Under the pieces are notes generated by a model that worked only from the letters and a program-made list of their open reading frames with translations, had not been told where the DNA came from and searched no databases. This document shows positions 1 through 10,488 of a stretch of 64,000 nt of DNA, piece after piece (position 1 is the stretch's first letter; every line of letters begins with the position of its first letter). Made by a program: the position numbers and the translations under genes. The stretch covers positions 2,752,001 through 2,816,000 of the forward strand of contig OY781945.1 in NCBI GenBank assembly GCA_963677435.1, given 5' to 3'. Origin of the DNA: an uncultured Aliarcobacter sp. GTDB taxonomy: Bacteria > Campylobacterota > Campylobacteria > Campylobacterales > Arcobacteraceae.

Positions 1-448
1 TCTCTTTATATTGTTCAAGTTCATTTTGCTGCTGTTTTAGTAAAAATTCTTGATAAAGAACACTTGCAACATCACTTATTAATGAGATTAAATATCGAAC
101 ATCAATTGGCTTTACAATATATTCTTGAACCCTTAACTTTATAGCTTCAACTAAAAATTCACTATCTGAATATGCTGTTGCAAAAATAACTGGTATTTTC
201 GTATCAAAATCTCGAACTTTTTTAATCATTTCAATACCATTTAATTCAGGCATATTTACATCTGTTAGAATTAAATCAATATGGTCTTGATTTTCAAGAT
301 AAGTTCGTAAACCTTCTTTCCCATTTTTTGCAACATGAACCATAGAAAAAAAATTTGTTAACAATTGAGACAATTCTGTTCTAATGATATCATCATCTTC
401 AACATATAAAAGAGTAAGTCTCTTTAATAAATTTTTATCTATACTCAT
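1..448 (-). CDS. Response regulator (receiver domain), partial, runs off the left edge
   Basis: Manual translation from ATG 448: MSIDKNLLKRLTLLYVEDD...LILTDVNMPELNG, with the REC acidic pair and phosphoacceptor D. Absent from the ORF track because it is truncated by the window. Confidence 0.9.
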   Translation of the reverse strand, partial: MSIDKNLLKRLTLLYVEDDDIIRTELSQLLTNFFSMVHVAKNGKEGLRTYLENQDHIDLILTDVNMPELNGIEMIKKVRDFDTKIPVIFATAYSDSEFLVEAIKLRVQEYIVKPIDVRYLISLISDVASVLYQEFLLKQQQNELEQYKE

Positions 449-475
449 AGAATAACTTATCTTTATTTTTTTTCA

Positions 476-955
476 TTAATCTCTTAATTCTTCTTTTGCA
501 ACAACTCTTTCAATGTCCATAACAACTAACATTTGGTTATTTGCAAGTCTGATATAACCTTTTAGGTATTTTGATGGAATCGCAGAACCCATTTCAGAAA
601 CAGCAGCTAACATACTTGTATCAAGTCTTTGTACATCATCAACTAAATCTACAACTATTCCTATAATTCTTTTATCTTCAGTAATTACAGCAATTACAGA
701 TGTATTTTCATCATAAGTTCCAGGACCTGTATTAAATTTTAGTCTAATATCTAAAATTGGAACAACTTCACCTCTTAAACTAATTAATCCTTTTACCCAT
801 TTAGAAGTATTTGGTAAAGGAGTAATATTATCAGGATACGTTAAAATCTCTCTAATCTTTGGTAATTCAATAGCATACTTCATTGCGCCTAATTCAAATG
901 TCATGAATTCACTAGTATTCGCATAATCTATAACTTTTTTTTCATTATCTTCCAT
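476..955 (-). CDS. cheW: Chemotaxis coupling protein CheW
   Basis: ITPLPNTSKWVKGLISLRGEVVPILD and GIVVDLVDDV are CheW signature segments. Confidence 0.93.
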   Translation of the reverse strand: MEDNEKKVIDYANTSEFMTFELGAMKYAIELPKIREILTYPDNITPLPNTSKWVKGLISLRGEVVPILDIRLKFNTGPGTYDENTSVIAVITEDKRIIGIVVDLVDDVQRLDTSMLAAVSEMGSAIPSKYLKGYIRLANNQMLVVMDIERVVAKEELRD

Positions 956-1027
956 AATACATTCCTTTTAATTGCTTCTAGAGTTTTTACTTGTTTTTTA
1001 TTATTCTACCTACTGTAAACTTAAAAT

Positions 1028-2281
1028 TTATTGTTTTTTAATTTCCTTTAAAATACAGCTTGCAATATATTTTGGCGTTTGTAAATCAATTGCATCACCA
1101 ATAGCCAAATCTGCTAAAGATATTATTTTATTGTCTTTAGAAATTTGAACAAAACCATTTTTATCTTTTTTATCTGGATGATTTAATTCAAAATTTGATT
1201 TTAACAAATCAATTTGATTTTGAGATTTAACAAAAATTGCTGAAAAACTATTTTTCATACTATTTTTCAATAAATTCAACTCATTTTGAGAACTTAAAAT
1301 TTTTTGAGACAAGTCAGTTTTAAATGAAGATTTTAATAGATTTATCTCTGTTTGAATATAATTAAATTTTGTCTCAATAGAGTTTTGTTCAAATAATCTT
1401 TTCATATTAGAAAGTTCTTGTTGTTTATTAAACAATATATTTTTTAATCTATTATTATATTCATTACTTAAAGAATCTAAATACATTCTATGTTCATTTA
1501 TATCTGGTAATGCAATTTCCACAGCATTTGAGGGAGTTGCTGCTCGAATGTCTGCCACAAAATCAGAAATCAAATAATCAACTTCATGTCCAACTGCTGA
1601 AATAATTGGAGTTCGAGCTTCAAAAATAGCATTTGCTACTATCTCTTCATTAAATGCCCATAAATCCTCAATACTTCCACCACCTCGTCCTACAATCATA
1701 ATATCACAGTGTAATTTATCTGCATATTTAATTGAATTTGCAATATCAAAAGCAGCACCCTCACCTTGAACTAAAGTTGGAACTAAAATAAATTCAACCA
1801 AAGGCCATCTATGATTTGCAACTTTTTTCATATCTTCAATAGCAGCACCCGTTGGAGAAGTTACAAGTGCAATTTTTTTAGGATATTTTGGAAGTGGTTG
1901 TTTATAATTTCCATCAAAATACCCTTTTGCTTCAAGTCTGTTTTTTAATTGCTCAAAGGCAAATGCCAAGGCACCTTGTCCTGAGGGTTCAATTTTATTA
2001 CATAAAAGTTGATAATTTCCCCGTGGAGCATAAACTGTAATATTTCCATTAATTACAACTTTTTGACCATTTTCAAGTTGAAATTTTAGATATTTTGTAT
2101 TTCCTTTGAACATTACACATGAAAGTGTCGAGCTTTCATCTTTTATTGAAAAATAGATATGTCCAGAGTTATGATAAGTTAAATTTGAAATTTCACCTTC
2201 CACATAAACTTGGATAAATGTAGTTTCAAGAAGGGATTTTATTTGAACATTTAATGTTGATACTGAGATTGCTTTATTCAT
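1028..2281 (-). CDS. xseA: Exodeoxyribonuclease VII large subunit
   Basis: VEGEISN...SGHIYFSIKD OB-fold, RGGGSIEDLWAFN, ISAVGHEVD and ATPS motifs. Confidence 0.97.
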   Translation of the reverse strand: MNKAISVSTLNVQIKSLLETTFIQVYVEGEISNLTYHNSGHIYFSIKDESSTLSCVMFKGNTKYLKFQLENGQKVVINGNITVYAPRGNYQLLCNKIEPSGQGALAFAFEQLKNRLEAKGYFDGNYKQPLPKYPKKIALVTSPTGAAIEDMKKVANHRWPLVEFILVPTLVQGEGAAFDIANSIKYADKLHCDIMIVGRGGGSIEDLWAFNEEIVANAIFEARTPIISAVGHEVDYLISDFVADIRAATPSNAVEIALPDINEHRMYLDSLSNEYNNRLKNILFNKQQELSNMKRLFEQNSIETKFNYIQTEINLLKSSFKTDLSQKILSSQNELNLLKNSMKNSFSAIFVKSQNQIDLLKSNFELNHPDKKDKNGFVQISKDNKIISLADLAIGDAIDLQTPKYIASCILKEIKKQ

Positions 2282-2298
2282 ATTTAAGTGCTAGAAAA

Positions 2299-3009
2299 CT
2301 AAATTTTTCTAGCGATAATTAAAGTTGAGATATTCATAGAAAATGCTTTTACATGAATTGGCTCAAGTCCCGCAAGTTTAAGCTCTTTACATAAATTTTC
2401 AGTTGTTAAAAATTCATCAATTGAATTTGGTAAATATGTATATGCTTCTTTATTTTTTGAAATCAATCCACCTAAAACTGGCAAGATTTTATTCATATAA
2501 AAATCCGTTAAATGATCAAGTAATTTCTCTTTTTTATTTTTTGTAAACTCTGAAATTACAACTAATCCATCTTTTTTTAAAACCCTTGCAAATTCATCAA
2601 AAGCTTCTTGTCTTTGCACTACATTTCTAATTCCATATGAAATTGAAATAATATCAGCACTATCGCTATCAAGGGGCATTGATGCAGCTCCAGCTTCAAT
2701 AAATTCAACATCTGGAAGTTTCTTTTTGCCAACTTCCATCATTCCAACGCTTGGATCAACTCCAACGATATTTTCTAAATTAATTGAGTTTTCATTTGCA
2801 ACTTTTTTCCAAAACAGAATCATATCACCAGTTCCACACGCAACATCTACGATTTTACTAATACTTTTTTTACCATAAAAATTAAAAGCTAAATTACAAG
2901 CTTTATTTCTCCATGACTTATCAATTCCCATTGATAAAACTCTATTTGCAACATCATAAGTTCCTGCAATATCATTGAACATTGATACAATTTTTTCTTG
3001 TTTTTCCAT
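2299..3009 (-). CDS. ubiE: UbiE/MenG quinone C-methyltransferase
   Basis: MFNDIAGTYDVANRVLSMG, DVACGTGD SAM motif, AYTYLPNSI. Confidence 0.92.
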   Translation of the reverse strand: MEKQEKIVSMFNDIAGTYDVANRVLSMGIDKSWRNKACNLAFNFYGKKSISKIVDVACGTGDMILFWKKVANENSINLENIVGVDPSVGMMEVGKKKLPDVEFIEAGAASMPLDSDSADIISISYGIRNVVQRQEAFDEFARVLKKDGLVVISEFTKNKKEKLLDHLTDFYMNKILPVLGGLISKNKEAYTYLPNSIDEFLTTENLCKELKLAGLEPIHVKAFSMNISTLIIARKI

Positions 3010-3036
3010 TATTACATTTATCCTAATTTTCTTATT

Positions 3037-3285
3037 TTATAAAATATATTTACCTATTATTAATCCAACAATCAATCCAATATTAACAGCAACGGCAATA
3101 GCCATATACGATAATTTTTTATCAGCATAAGGCAGTTTATTTATAATATCTTCTTGGTGTTTTAAAGTTATTCCAAAATTTTGTGTTGATTTTTCTAAAT
3201 TATCAGCTGCTTTTCGTAAAGCAATTTCTGAGAATTCCATTCTTTCAACAAGCTCTTTTGCTTGTTTAAAGCTCATATCACTCAT
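3037..3285 (-). CDS. Small hypothetical protein, coiled coil plus C-terminal TM helix
   Basis: 82 aa with C-terminal hydrophobic AIAVAVNIGLIVGLIIG; 4-nt overlap with the upstream gene. Confidence 0.75.
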   Translation of the reverse strand: MSDMSFKQAKELVERMEFSEIALRKAADNLEKSTQNFGITLKHQEDIINKLPYADKKLSYMAIAVAVNIGLIVGLIIGKYIL

Positions 3286-4076
3286 TTTTTAATTTCAATC
3301 CATCTATCTAAATCATAAAAGATTTTATTTAAAGTATTTAATACATAATCTTTTGCTTCTGTTTGAATTCTTCTAAAAAATAGATATTTTCTAGCACTTT
3401 CAATATCTCCAACTTCTTTTGCCTGGATAGCTTTTGCTGCAAAATCTGTATTGTTATAAGCCATTTCCCAAACAGTTGAACCTAAATATCTACTCATAGT
3501 AATTACTTTATCATTTTTAACAGGGAAATATTTTGGGTCTTTTACAAAATCACAAATTACAGAGTTTGACTCTAAATATTTGTGTCCAAAAAAGTTAATA
3601 AATTGTTCATTATAATAATCTTCATCCATAGAAATAGCTCTATTTAAAGCAAAAATTATATTATCTTCTGGATTTTTTTCTATTTTTCTGATTTTTTTCA
3701 TGGTTGCAATTGCATTTTTTCCATCAAGTTCACCATCACCTAAAGGAATAATCCACTTAACATTTCCAAAAGAGCCAACTTTTTTAATCTCATCAAGAAC
3801 TAAAGATGAAGTTTTATTTCCACCAACATCAACGATAACTTCATGGTTATCATCCATTAAGATAAGTTCATCTAATTCACTTAATCTATTTGTTCCTAAC
3901 ATTTTTTTATTTACAATTTCAGTTCTTGTAAATGATCTTGAATCGTTATTCTCGTCATCTATTTCAATGTATGTAATTTTTTTACCATGTTTTTTATATA
4001 AATATGGAGCTAAAACTTGCATTGCAACAGTAGATTTACCTACGCCACCTTTTGTTTGTGGAATTATAATCATCAA
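3282..4076 (-). CDS. ParA/MinD-like P-loop ATPase
   Basis: Deviant Walker A KGGVGKST at the N-terminus; VIVDVGG Walker B-like segment. Confidence 0.75.
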   Translation of the reverse strand: MMIIIPQTKGGVGKSTVAMQVLAPYLYKKHGKKITYIEIDDENNDSRSFTRTEIVNKKMLGTNRLSELDELILMDDNHEVIVDVGGNKTSSLVLDEIKKVGSFGNVKWIIPLGDGELDGKNAIATMKKIRKIEKNPEDNIIFALNRAISMDEDYYNEQFINFFGHKYLESNSVICDFVKDPKYFPVKNDKVITMSRYLGSTVWEMAYNNTDFAAKAIQAKEVGDIESARKYLFFRRIQTEAKDYVLNTLNKIFYDLDRWIEIKK

Positions 4077-4721
4077 TTAGCCTTTGGGATTTCGTTTCAT
4101 AAATTCGACAATTTTGCCATGAAACCTTGCATAAATTTTATTTAATGGGATTTCATAACCATATAGTTGGCTTATTTTATCGTAATTATCATTAATTCCA
4201 TATACTAAATATGACTGTATATCGTAATATGAATCAAACTCATAGCCAAATCTTGCCAATAGTTTTGCTGTGTATTTATCCACAACCATATATTCTTGTT
4301 TGCAAGCGTAACACAAAATTGCATCGGCAGTTTCAGGTCCAATTCCTTTTTGTTTTAAAAGCCAATCAAGAGTTACTTTTTCACAAAAATTCTCGAAAGT
4401 TTCAAAATCTTCTAGTATATTTTTTGACAGTTGAATTAATCTTTTTGATTTTTGATTTTTAAAACCACTTGGAGTTATTGATTCTATTAAAAGTTGTAAA
4501 TCACAATTTGCTAAATTTTCTAAATTTAACAAATCTAATTTTTTTAAATTTTCTAGAGATTTTTCTACATTTGTCCATTTAGTATTTTGAGTTAAAATAG
4601 CACCTATTAAAATCTCAAAATCATTATTTGAAGGCCACCAGAACTCTAAACTTTCATCTATTAAATTTTGATTTTTCAAATATACTAAAAGCTCATAAGA
4701 GTTTGAAATACTAATCAACAA
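4077..4721 (-). CDS. HhH-GPD DNA glycosylase (3-methyladenine glycosylase III / endonuclease III-like)
   Basis: EILIGAILTQNT, HhH KGIGPETADAIL, VVDKY. Confidence 0.88.
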   Translation of the reverse strand: MLISISNSYELLVYLKNQNLIDESLEFWWPSNNDFEILIGAILTQNTKWTNVEKSLENLKKLDLLNLENLANCDLQLLIESITPSGFKNQKSKRLIQLSKNILEDFETFENFCEKVTLDWLLKQKGIGPETADAILCYACKQEYMVVDKYTAKLLARFGYEFDSYYDIQSYLVYGINDNYDKISQLYGYEIPLNKIYARFHGKIVEFMKRNPKG

Positions 4722-5535
4722 AAGCCTCAGTAATAAATAGTTTTGAATTATTACAATATTTTTTTATTTTAAATGCACTTTGAGCTTTTCCATCTTCAAT
4801 ATCAACAACAAACATTTGTAAAATTGATTTACAAGAATTCGGAACTTCAAAATGTCCACCAATTCCTGTTGTTACTTTTTGAATTGGAATTTTGCTTTCC
4901 ATTCCTATAACATTGTCTCTACATCCAGTTAAGCCAATATCTGTTAAATATGCTGTGTTTTCAAAAATTTGTAAATCATCTGTTCCCACATGAGTATGTG
5001 TTCCACAAATTGCACTTACTTGATTTTTAAACATCATTAACATTATTCTTTTTTCACTTGTTGCTTCTGCGTGAAAGTCTATAAAAATATTTTTAATCTC
5101 TTGCTCATGAAGATTTGCTACTAACTTTTTTGCCCAATTAAAAGGATTCTCAACAGTTGGCATTCCATATTGTCCCATTAGATTTATAACTGCTAATTTT
5201 TCAATTCCATTTGAAGTTTCTATATCACAAATTTTAATTCCACTTCCTATTAATCCTTCAGGATAATTATCAGGTCGTAAAACATTTGCAGTTTCAAGTA
5301 AAACCATCATATCTTTTTTCTTATCGAAACTATGATTTCCACCAGTTATTAAATCTATTCCACTTTTTAGAAGCTCTTTTGAACCCTCAATTGTTAATCC
5401 AAAACCATGGCTTGCATTTTCACCATTTGCAATTACAAAATCAATTTCATACTCTTTTTTGATTTTTATTAAATTTTCTTTTATGATTTTTCTTCCAGGT
5501 CGACCAACAATATCGCCAATAAATCCTATTCTCAT
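4711..5535 (-). CDS. ymdB: YmdB-family metallophosphoesterase
   Basis: GDIVGRPG, NGENASHG, GNH, DFHAEATSEK, GTHTHV motifs. Confidence 0.93.
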   Translation of the reverse strand: MRIGFIGDIVGRPGRKIIKENLIKIKKEYEIDFVIANGENASHGFGLTIEGSKELLKSGIDLITGGNHSFDKKKDMMVLLETANVLRPDNYPEGLIGSGIKICDIETSNGIEKLAVINLMGQYGMPTVENPFNWAKKLVANLHEQEIKNIFIDFHAEATSEKRIMLMMFKNQVSAICGTHTHVGTDDLQIFENTAYLTDIGLTGCRDNVIGMESKIPIQKVTTGIGGHFEVPNSCKSILQMFVVDIEDGKAQSAFKIKKYCNNSKLFITEAFVD

Positions 5536-5581
5536 CTATCTTCTTTGTTAAAATTTTTTATAATTGTATTAAAATAACCTT

Positions 5582-8083
5582 TTATTCTTCTTCACACTTT
5601 TGTAATCTAACTTCAAACACAGCACCAGAATCTTCATTAAAGGCTTTTATAATTCCATCTTGTTCATCTACAATTTTTTTAGCAATATTTAATCCAACAC
5701 CCATTCCACTATGCTCTTTTGATGATATGAAAGGTTCAAAAATATCTTTGATAATTTCTTGTTTTATTCCACCTGCACTATCTTTGAATTTTACAACTAC
5801 TTGATTGTTTTCTTCAAATATATTTATATTTAAAACTCTATTTTCATAATCTTCAACTTTGACAAGTTCATCTAAGGCATTATTTACAACGATAATCCAA
5901 ACTTGCTCAATTCTTTGTTTTTGAACTTTACTAAAATATGTATACTCATTTTTATTTATAGAGTCAATATCAAATAATCTATCATTTAAATATATTTTAG
6001 AAACTTGTCTTGAGCGATTATATGCCATTGTTAAAGAGGTTATTAATGTTGCGTATATATTTGTTTTCTCTTTTATCTCTTTGCTACTTTGAGACATTTC
6101 TCTCATTGATTCTACGATATTTGCAATTCTATTTATTCCCTCTTTTATCTTTTCACTATCGTATTTCATTCTCTCTTGAATTTCATTTGCAGGTAAATCT
6201 AAAATATCGTAATACATCAATTCAAGATTTCCTTTTATGTATGTAAGTGGAGTATTTATTTCATGGGCAATTCCAGCAGCAAGGGAACCAATAGAAGTTA
6301 ATTTTGCATTTTTTATCTGCTCTTGTTGGTGAAGTTTATCTTTTTGAATACTTTTTTCAACCTCTTGATTTATTCGTAATTCTAAATTTTGATTTAACTC
6401 TTGTAATTTTCTTTTATCTTCTAAAGAGTTAACTACAAATACAAAATGTTTTTTGTCTGATAAAAGACTCAATGATAATTCTAAGTGAATTAGTTTTCCA
6501 TATTTTTTTACAAAAATCTTTTCAATATTTGAGATTTTTCCTATATCTTTTGCCTCTTTTAAGATTTTAGATAAAATCTCTTTTGAAGTTTCTGGAACAA
6601 TATCTAAACATTTCATTTCTAATAATTCATCATTTTTATACTCTAGTAACTTACTAAAAGTAGTATTGAGTTTTATAAAATTTCCATTTAAATCAATTAA
6701 TGCAATTCCACTATTTACATTTTCAAAAATGGCGTTATATTGCTCTACTTTATTATTTATATTTTGATATAAATCTTCAATTTTTTTCTTATTTGTTGTG
6801 TCATAAGCAATTATTGTGTAGCCAACTATTTTATTTAAATTATTAAAATTTGGTTCAATAAACAAATCTACCCAAAATGATTCCCCATCTTTTTTGATTC
6901 CTTTTATTTCTCCAACATAGGATTTTCCCTGTTTTGCAAATTTCCAAGGTTTTATATACTCTTTTCTTTTTGTATCTTTATGTATTAACATTTGGTAGTT
7001 ATGTCCAATTAATTCACCCTTTGAAAACCCCAAGAAATAACAAAATGCAGAGCTGACATCTAAAATTATATTATTTTTGCTCATTCGAATAAACATAATA
7101 TGTTTATCAATAACTTTTTGATTTTCATCCAATTCAATAAAACTTTTTTTGATACTTAAATCTAAATTTTTATTTTCATCTTCTATTTTTTTATTTAATT
7201 TTGCAATTGGTTCAGAAAAAAGAAGTGCCAAAATTATTGATAAAAATAGCCCAATAATAATTATTGATTTATAATATTCTTTAAAATAGTTATTGTTTAA
7301 TTCATCATCTATATTTACAATAAAAATAAAATATTTGTTTTTATTCAAATAAACTTTTTTTGATAAGAAGTCATTTGTTGTATAAGAATCTACACTTTTA
7401 ATATTATTTAACTCTTTTTTATATAAATCAAATTCTTTGTTTTCACGAAAAAGATTTGTATTACTATCATAATTTATAAGTGTATTATCACTTGATATAA
7501 CAAAAGTTTTTTTATCAAAGTTTTTATAAATATTAGTAAAAAATCCACTAAAATCAACCTTTAAAATTAGAAAATAATTTTTTTCTCTTAATACAAAATT
7601 AATTACTGTTGGTTTTTCTAAGTTTGAATTATCATGCCAGATTTCTTGATTTTTTAGTGTTCTAATATTTTTATAATAAGAGTTAGAATAGATGTTTTGT
7701 AGTTTTTCATCTTCTATTATTTTTATCTCACCATTAATATTAATGATTTTAAAAATCTCTTGAGCATCTAAAGAGATAACTTTAAATTCTAAAATATTTT
7801 CATTATTAAAAAGAATCTTTTTAAATAATTCTAAAGACTCTTTCTTGTCCTCTTTTTTTAAGAAATCTTTTTGAGATAATAAAAATATCTTTTCATCAAA
7901 AGATTTTATATTGTTTTTAAAACTTTTTTCTTGGTGTTTTAAAATATTTATAATATTTTCTTTCTCTTTTTTTTCATTATTAAATTTGTAAAAATTATTA
8001 AAAGCAAAAGAGGCAAAGCTTAGTAATAAAAGTGCGAAAACAATAAAAGCAAAAAATAGTTTTACATAAAAAGGAATTCTCAT
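5582..8083 (-). CDS. Membrane PAS-domain sensor histidine kinase
   Basis: Two TM helices, two PAS domains, H-box AHEINTPL, DSAGG (G1) and GMGVGL (G2). Confidence 0.92.
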   Translation of the reverse strand: MRIPFYVKLFFAFIVFALLLLSFASFAFNNFYKFNNEKKEKENIINILKHQEKSFKNNIKSFDEKIFLLSQKDFLKKEDKKESLELFKKILFNNENILEFKVISLDAQEIFKIININGEIKIIEDEKLQNIYSNSYYKNIRTLKNQEIWHDNSNLEKPTVINFVLREKNYFLILKVDFSGFFTNIYKNFDKKTFVISSDNTLINYDSNTNLFRENKEFDLYKKELNNIKSVDSYTTNDFLSKKVYLNKNKYFIFIVNIDDELNNNYFKEYYKSIIIIGLFLSIILALLFSEPIAKLNKKIEDENKNLDLSIKKSFIELDENQKVIDKHIMFIRMSKNNIILDVSSAFCYFLGFSKGELIGHNYQMLIHKDTKRKEYIKPWKFAKQGKSYVGEIKGIKKDGESFWVDLFIEPNFNNLNKIVGYTIIAYDTTNKKKIEDLYQNINNKVEQYNAIFENVNSGIALIDLNGNFIKLNTTFSKLLEYKNDELLEMKCLDIVPETSKEILSKILKEAKDIGKISNIEKIFVKKYGKLIHLELSLSLLSDKKHFVFVVNSLEDKRKLQELNQNLELRINQEVEKSIQKDKLHQQEQIKNAKLTSIGSLAAGIAHEINTPLTYIKGNLELMYYDILDLPANEIQERMKYDSEKIKEGINRIANIVESMREMSQSSKEIKEKTNIYATLITSLTMAYNRSRQVSKIYLNDRLFDIDSINKNEYTYFSKVQKQRIEQVWIIVVNNALDELVKVEDYENRVLNINIFEENNQVVVKFKDSAGGIKQEIIKDIFEPFISSKEHSGMGVGLNIAKKIVDEQDGIIKAFNEDSGAVFEVRLQKCEEE

Positions 8084-8086
8084 TTT

Positions 8087-10105
8087 TTAATTTCCATTTT
8101 TTAATTTTATATAATAATTTGTACTATAAGGTGAATTTTCAAACCAAAAAAGACCTCTGTTTTTTTCAACAAATAATTTCACTAAATATAAATGATTATT
8201 TGTATCTTCATTTTCATTTATTTTTTTATCACCTAATTTTATATTATCTTCAATTTTAATTAATAAATCATCTTCTTTTATGGCACTAATTATTATTACA
8301 ACTTCTTTTTGATTATTTAGTTTTGTTAATTCAATACTATTTTTAATCATATTTAATATGATATTTTTCAACTCATTAAATGAAATATCTATGTTTATTT
8401 GACTATTTAAATCGTATTTGACTTTGATATTATTTAGTTCTAACTCTTCTTGTATTGATAATATAGCCTCTTTTATCACATCTGAAAACTTTGATTTTTG
8501 CTCTTCATTTTCTTGAAAAAGATATTTTATTTCATTTAAAACTTCAGATAAACTTTTCAATTCTATTTGTGTTTGTTTAATCAATTCTAACTTATTTTGA
8601 TTTTTTTCTTCATTGCTTATAATAATTTTTAAATTGTAAAGTAGAGATGATATACTTAATATCGGTTGTTTCCATTGATGACCTAAAGAGTCCAATATTT
8701 TTGACATTAACTGAACTTTTGTATTGTCAATTAATGTTTGGTCTTTCATTTTAATTTCATTTAATTTATTTGATAAATCTTCTTTTAAAAGTTTATTTAT
8801 TTTCTCCAATTGTTTTGTATCAGTAACATTTGATCTAATTGAAATATATCCTATAATTTCATTATTAAAATCATATTTTGGAATTATAATTCCACTAACC
8901 CAATATGAATTTCCATATCTATCTTGGTTTTTTATCTCACCTTCCCAAATCTTATTTTTGTGTAATTCAGTCCAAAGCTTTTTGAAAAATCCCTTCGACA
9001 TATCTGGATGTTTTAAAAGATTTATGTTTTTTTCTAATAACTCTTTTCTTGAATATCCCGAAATTTTACAAAAAGGTTTAGTTGCATATGTAATAATTCC
9101 GTTTAAATCTGTTTCAACCATAATTACATAATCATCAATATAAGAGTATAAGTCTAAATACTTTTTATTTATAATTGAAGTTTGTATTTTAAAATATTTC
9201 AATTTATATAATAAGTAAAAAATTACAAATATAAAAAGTGAAATCATTATAAATAAGAAATCAAAATATTTATTAATTTTTGCCACAATAGAGTCTTTAT
9301 TTGTATTATAAGCAACTAAATATAAACTACTTTCATCAATTTGTGATTTAAAAATTTGCAAGAAAACAAGTGGAAAATCTGAAGAGTGTTCTTTTGTGAG
9401 TAAAACAAAGTTTTTTGATTGTTTTATATCACTTATTAATGATTTTTTTTGAGAAGCAGGTAAGTTAAAATAAAAGCTTTCATCAAATTTAATCTTATTT
9501 GACATTATATTTGTAAATAAAAAATCACTACTATTTTCTAATTTTTTAATTACTGATTTAAAATCAAATTCAATATTTATTACACCTAAAAAATTTAGAT
9601 TCTCATCAAATATAGGTTTTGAAAAAATTAAATAGTAGTTATTATCTACAATTATAAAACTGTTTAACTCTTGTTTATTTAATAAAATTTTTTCCATTAA
9701 AAGTGAAGTATTTTTATTTTGAGGTTTATCTTGCATACTTAATAAAAATTCATTTGAAGAAGAATAAAAATTTATATCAGAAATATCTAGTGTTTTATAA
9801 AAAGAGTAACTTATTTTTAGATGATTATAAATCTCTCTTTTTTTATTTTCTATATTTAAAGAATTGATATTTTTAAAAGTTCCAATAAAATCTTTTTCTT
9901 TGACAAATTCGTTAAAATAGATTAATTCAGAACTATTTTTATATTCACTATAATATTTAGAATACTCTTTATCAACAAATTGTTTGTAATTATTTAAAGA
10001 GTATTCAATTTCACTTTTTTTAAAAAAATTTATTAGTAAAATTAATAAAAAAAGAGAAATTAAAAAATAAATAAAGTACCTAATATTTAGGTTTTTATTA
10101 TTCAT
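8087..10105 (-). CDS. Membrane PAS sensor with a degenerate histidine kinase domain
   Basis: TM helices, PAS domain and GHQWKQP H-box; the C-terminal ATPase domain lacks glycine-rich G1/G2 boxes. Confidence 0.8.
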   Translation of the reverse strand: MNNKNLNIRYFIYFLISLFLLILLINFFKKSEIEYSLNNYKQFVDKEYSKYYSEYKNSSELIYFNEFVKEKDFIGTFKNINSLNIENKKREIYNHLKISYSFYKTLDISDINFYSSSNEFLLSMQDKPQNKNTSLLMEKILLNKQELNSFIIVDNNYYLIFSKPIFDENLNFLGVINIEFDFKSVIKKLENSSDFLFTNIMSNKIKFDESFYFNLPASQKKSLISDIKQSKNFVLLTKEHSSDFPLVFLQIFKSQIDESSLYLVAYNTNKDSIVAKINKYFDFLFIMISLFIFVIFYLLYKLKYFKIQTSIINKKYLDLYSYIDDYVIMVETDLNGIITYATKPFCKISGYSRKELLEKNINLLKHPDMSKGFFKKLWTELHKNKIWEGEIKNQDRYGNSYWVSGIIIPKYDFNNEIIGYISIRSNVTDTKQLEKINKLLKEDLSNKLNEIKMKDQTLIDNTKVQLMSKILDSLGHQWKQPILSISSLLYNLKIIISNEEKNQNKLELIKQTQIELKSLSEVLNEIKYLFQENEEQKSKFSDVIKEAILSIQEELELNNIKVKYDLNSQINIDISFNELKNIILNMIKNSIELTKLNNQKEVVIIISAIKEDDLLIKIEDNIKLGDKKINENEDTNNHLYLVKLFVEKNRGLFWFENSPYSTNYYIKLKNGN

Positions 10106-10109
10106 AAAT

Positions 10110-10487
10110 TTATGACTTTAGAACTTCTAATATTTTCTTTTCTAAAGCTTGTAAAGAGTCAAAAGGTTTCATCACATAATTTGTAGCACCTTCTTTATGA
10201 GACTTTAAAACTTTATCTAAAGTAGAGTAAGCCGTCATCATAATAACTTTTTGTTCAGGTTTATTAGCTTTTAGTTTTTCTAAAACTTCTAATCCATTCA
10301 TTTGAGGCATCATAATATCTAAAAGAATCAAATCAGCTTTTAAGTTACTTATACTATTTAGAGCAACCGTTGGATTAGAATATGTTGTAACTGAAAAATT
10401 TGAATTTCTTGTTAGAAATCTACTTAAAACATTCAAAATTTCTGTTTCATCATCAATAATTACAATAGAGTATTTTTCATTATTCAT
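10110..10487 (-). CDS. Single-domain response regulator (CheY-like)
   Basis: IIDDE, LLDIMMP, MTA and KPF motifs. Start moved to ATG 10487, behind an AAGGA RBS. Confidence 0.9.
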   Translation of the reverse strand: MNNEKYSIVIIDDETEILNVLSRFLTRNSNFSVTTYSNPTVALNSISNLKADLILLDIMMPQMNGLEVLEKLKANKPEQKVIMMTAYSTLDKVLKSHKEGATNYVMKPFDSLQALEKKILEVLKS

Positions 10488-10488
10488 T

